Below are positions 61,887 to 64,000 of a stretch of DNA of 64,000 bases, piece after piece (the first letter of the stretch is position 1; each line of letters opens with the position of its first letter). The notes below the pieces were generated by a model. That model had not been told where the DNA came from. It searched no databases and saw only the letters and a list, made by a program, of their open reading frames with translations. The position numbers and the translations under genes were made by a program. Source of the stretch: Anaerolineales bacterium (GTDB lineage: Bacteria; Chloroflexota; Anaerolineae; Anaerolineales; UBA4823); assembly GCA_046260155.1 (NCBI GenBank), contig JBJYXV010000091.1, positions 45,542 through 109,541 on the forward strand, read 5' to 3'.

Positions 61887-62810
61887 TCAACCTTGCCCTT
61901 GGCGCCAATTTACCAAGCTTGAAGCTTGCAGGTGGTTGATCAGCTTGCCAGAACGGGCTAATTGAATGCCTTTTTCGAGGACTCTTTCGTAATATATCTT
62001 TGAAGAGAGATCAGGCTCGAATCCTCTCAGTATGCTGTCTACTGTCTTATCCAGGCCATACTCTTCAACCTCATCCCATAAGTCCTCATCCAGAAGATTA
62101 GCACGCAGATGAGAAAAGAAAGCCACCGGTAAGAATTTAATTTGTTCAGGGAGTTCTCCCAACAGCTTTTCATTCAACTCCACGACCAGGTTGTAACACT
62201 CCTGCTCGGTGAGTTCGGGGAAGATGGCTTGAATGATCTCGGCTTTCTCTTCAATGGTGGGGATCCACTCGAAGGCAGACATCCTGCCTGCCCTTACCAG
62301 CGGGTTATACAGCTTTGTAAAGTCATTCCCGGTGATGATGATCGGTATGCGTGTGGTTTCTTTCCCTTCGACCAGGGATGGATAGTCAACCAGGTGCATC
62401 AATTCTCCGAACACATTAATCTGGTTAATGGTGTGTTTCTCATCCGTTCCCCAGGTCCCCAGTCCGGTATCAACATCATTGACCAGAACGACCGCTAAAC
62501 TCGCACCACCACTGCGAATACTTTCGCTGGCTTTGATGTAAGTGTCGCGGATGAATGCTGATGGGTGGCCTGCAATTGGATTATCGAGCTGACCTCCTGA
62601 TACCAGAAAGCGTTTCACGCCCATGTTCTTTAAGATGTGTTCGCATTGGTAAGTCTTTCCCTCGCCAGAAGGTCCATGAATTCCGAGCAGGAGTGGGACT
62701 TGGGCTTCAACTCGTTTTAACAGGTTTTTGAGTATATGCAAGGAAACGACCTGCTGGAATCTTGGTGAGATAAAGATTTCTTCTTCTGCTCTTTGTCTGA
62801 TAAGTGCCAT
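61887..62810 (-). CDS. AAA+ ATPase of the green-type Rubisco activase (Rca)-like clade
   Basis: Walker A lies in VPLLLGIHGPSGEGKTYQCE. The pore-loop region is SGGQLDNPIAGHPSAFIRDTY and Walker B is VLVNDVDTGLG. TRIPIIITGNDFTKLYNPLVRAGRMSAFEWIPT closely parallels plant Rca segments as I remember them. Confidence 0.75.
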   Translation of the reverse strand: MALIRQRAEEEIFISPRFQQVVSLHILKNLLKRVEAQVPLLLGIHGPSGEGKTYQCEHILKNMGVKRFLVSGGQLDNPIAGHPSAFIRDTYIKASESIRSGGASLAVVLVNDVDTGLGTWGTDEKHTINQINVFGELMHLVDYPSLVEGKETTRIPIIITGNDFTKLYNPLVRAGRMSAFEWIPTIEEKAEIIQAIFPELTEQECYNLVVELNEKLLGELPEQIKFLPVAFFSHLRANLLDEDLWDEVEEYGLDKTVDSILRGFEPDLSSKIYYERVLEKGIQLARSGKLINHLQASSLVNWRQGQG

Positions 62811-63348
62811 AGCGATATTCCTACCTAGTAACTATTTTGCCGACCTGTAGGATAATGCAAAGAATGGTGGATCGGGATAATATGTTTGAAAAAAAATATC
62901 CTACCTTTTTCTGCAGCCAATTATATAGCATTCCCGGATCGATATTCCATTACTTACGATTTAGTAAATTTTTATGCTGGAATAGGATCTCGAGAGTTAT
63001 TTCGACGAATCGCGGCTATTCTAACTTAGAAAACGAATAAAACTTGAGAATGTTACTGAAATCGTAAGGTGGATTAGCAGTGGAGTTCTTCCAATTTTAG
63101 ACCTTTAAATTTTATTCTGTTGTAATTACTCCTTCTTCAGCTCCCGATAAGTAATGAGGAATACTGCTCCCAATCGGCTTTTCTATGATATTGGCCCGTC
63201 CGCAGTAAATGACAAATATTGAAATTCCTGACCCACTGCTGCGCCAACCCTTCCTCTGCTATCCATATTCACCCTTGTTTTTTTCAACGTTTCCGGCAAC
63301 CCTTAACGCAAAACAAAATCGAGCAAGTACGTTATTACAAAGGTGTTT

Positions 63349-64000
63349 TCAGGTAGCCTCCATCACTTGTTCATCTGTTATTGTTTCTAGCAGCTGCTTA
63401 GCCACTTCGTTGTAGGTGCGCTCAGATCCTCTGGCATAGGCGCTGGCGTATGCTTCTGGTTTGAGCATCTTTTCAAGATCAGAGAGGGCTGTAGATGCGA
63501 CTTCGTTGATCGGGGTGGTGTTTGTGAAAGGCCGGTAAACACTGGTGGGGTCAGCAAGCACAGTCGCCAGCAGCTCAACTGCTTCCTTGTATTCACCTCG
63601 TTGTACCCATACCCTGGCAATCTTTGTCATCATACCAAGCATATCCCGAACCATGCCCATCCGCTCAGCGGCAGCCACACCCTCAATGAAGGCTGATTCA
63701 GCAGCTTCCAGCTTACCAGCGGCTAAATTAGCCTCTCCTAAACCCTCCAGCGAAACCATCGTTCCCCGTACGTAGGAAATCTCCTGGCAACGTGCAACCT
63801 GCTGGGTGTAGAGATCGATGGCATCGTCCGGACGATTTTCATGTGTGGAGATCATGGCCCGCACCCAGAGGTTCCAAACTGTCACCCAATACTCATCGAC
63901 CAGCCCCAGCTGTTTGGTAGCCTCGTCAGCGAATCTGGTAGCCCCGTCGAAGTCACCAATGACAACTGCAGCGAACCCACGCCAGTTGTTGAGCGATGCA
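63349..64000 (-). CDS. C-terminal TPR region of a larger protein (open to the right window edge)
   Basis: TPR-like helical repeats are present (LGEANLAAGKLEAAESAFIEG, RVWVQRGEYKEAVELLATVL). My own translation shows the frame stays open from 63886 to 64000 (ASLNNWRGFAAVVIGDFDGATRFADEATKQLGLVDEYW...). Confidence 0.6.
   Translation of the reverse strand, partial: ASLNNWRGFAAVVIGDFDGATRFADEATKQLGLVDEYWVTVWNLWVRAMISTHENRPDDAIDLYTQQVARCQEISYVRGTMVSLEGLGEANLAAGKLEAAESAFIEGVAAAERMGMVRDMLGMMTKIARVWVQRGEYKEAVELLATVLADPTSVYRPFTNTTPINEVASTALSDLEKMLKPEAYASAYARGSERTYNEVAKQLLETITDEQVMEAT

Noticed and set aside
62811-63348. Small ORFs (67-68 aa on the plus strand, and a 27-aa minus-strand ORF) in the AT-rich spacer upstream of the Rca-like gene.
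   Set aside because: None has a ribosome-binding site or family resemblance, and they are of low complexity. The spacer is more plausibly promoter/regulatory DNA.

Overview
All calls below rest on reading the supplied translations and the raw sequence; no database search was possible.

**Overall content.** The window looks like a densely coding core-chromosome segment, probably from a Chloroflexota (Anaerolineae-like) bacterium. That taxonomic guess is an inference from gene content only: T-box leaders, many membrane-anchored proteins with Pro/Thr-rich linkers, a fused YitJ-type HcyMT/MTHFR and a translin homologue. There are about 60 protein genes. I found no rRNA, tRNA, transposase, integrase or CRISPR array.

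**Recognisable housekeeping genes.**
- Left half: nadK (partial, left edge), ssb, purA, thrS-infC-rpmI-rplT, uvrA, methylmalonyl-CoA epimerase plus mutase large subunit, and the YitJ-like HcyMT/MTHFR.
- Right half: pheS-pheT, plsC, the mtaB-yqeY-pgpH-ybeY-dgkA block, acyl-CoA dehydrogenase plus etfBA, an Lrp/saccharopine-dehydrogenase-like/aminotransferase cluster, and an AapJQMP-type amino-acid ABC transporter.

**Regulatory RNA visible in the sequence.**
- Two T-box leaders with terminators: Thr upstream of thrS and Phe upstream of pheS.
- The classical AUU start of infC.
- Several intrinsic terminators.

**Most interesting observations.**
1. A monocistronic AAA+ gene (61887..62810) matches green-type Rubisco activase motif for motif, with no Rubisco or CBB context in the window.
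2. A tightly coupled DUF3467 / translin-TRAX-like / Cas4-like operon (315..2042). Its Cas4-like nuclease is split into two membrane-anchored polypeptides that share the Fe-S cysteines.
3. An orphan, N-terminally extended KAS III-like enzyme sits next to the Rca-like gene.
4. A promoter followed immediately by a terminator-like hairpin and a perfect 10-bp palindrome lies in the long leader of the ABC operon.
5. Perfect 13-bp direct repeats bracket the lrp promoter.
6. Two unassigned gaps of 0.8-0.9 kb remain unexplained.
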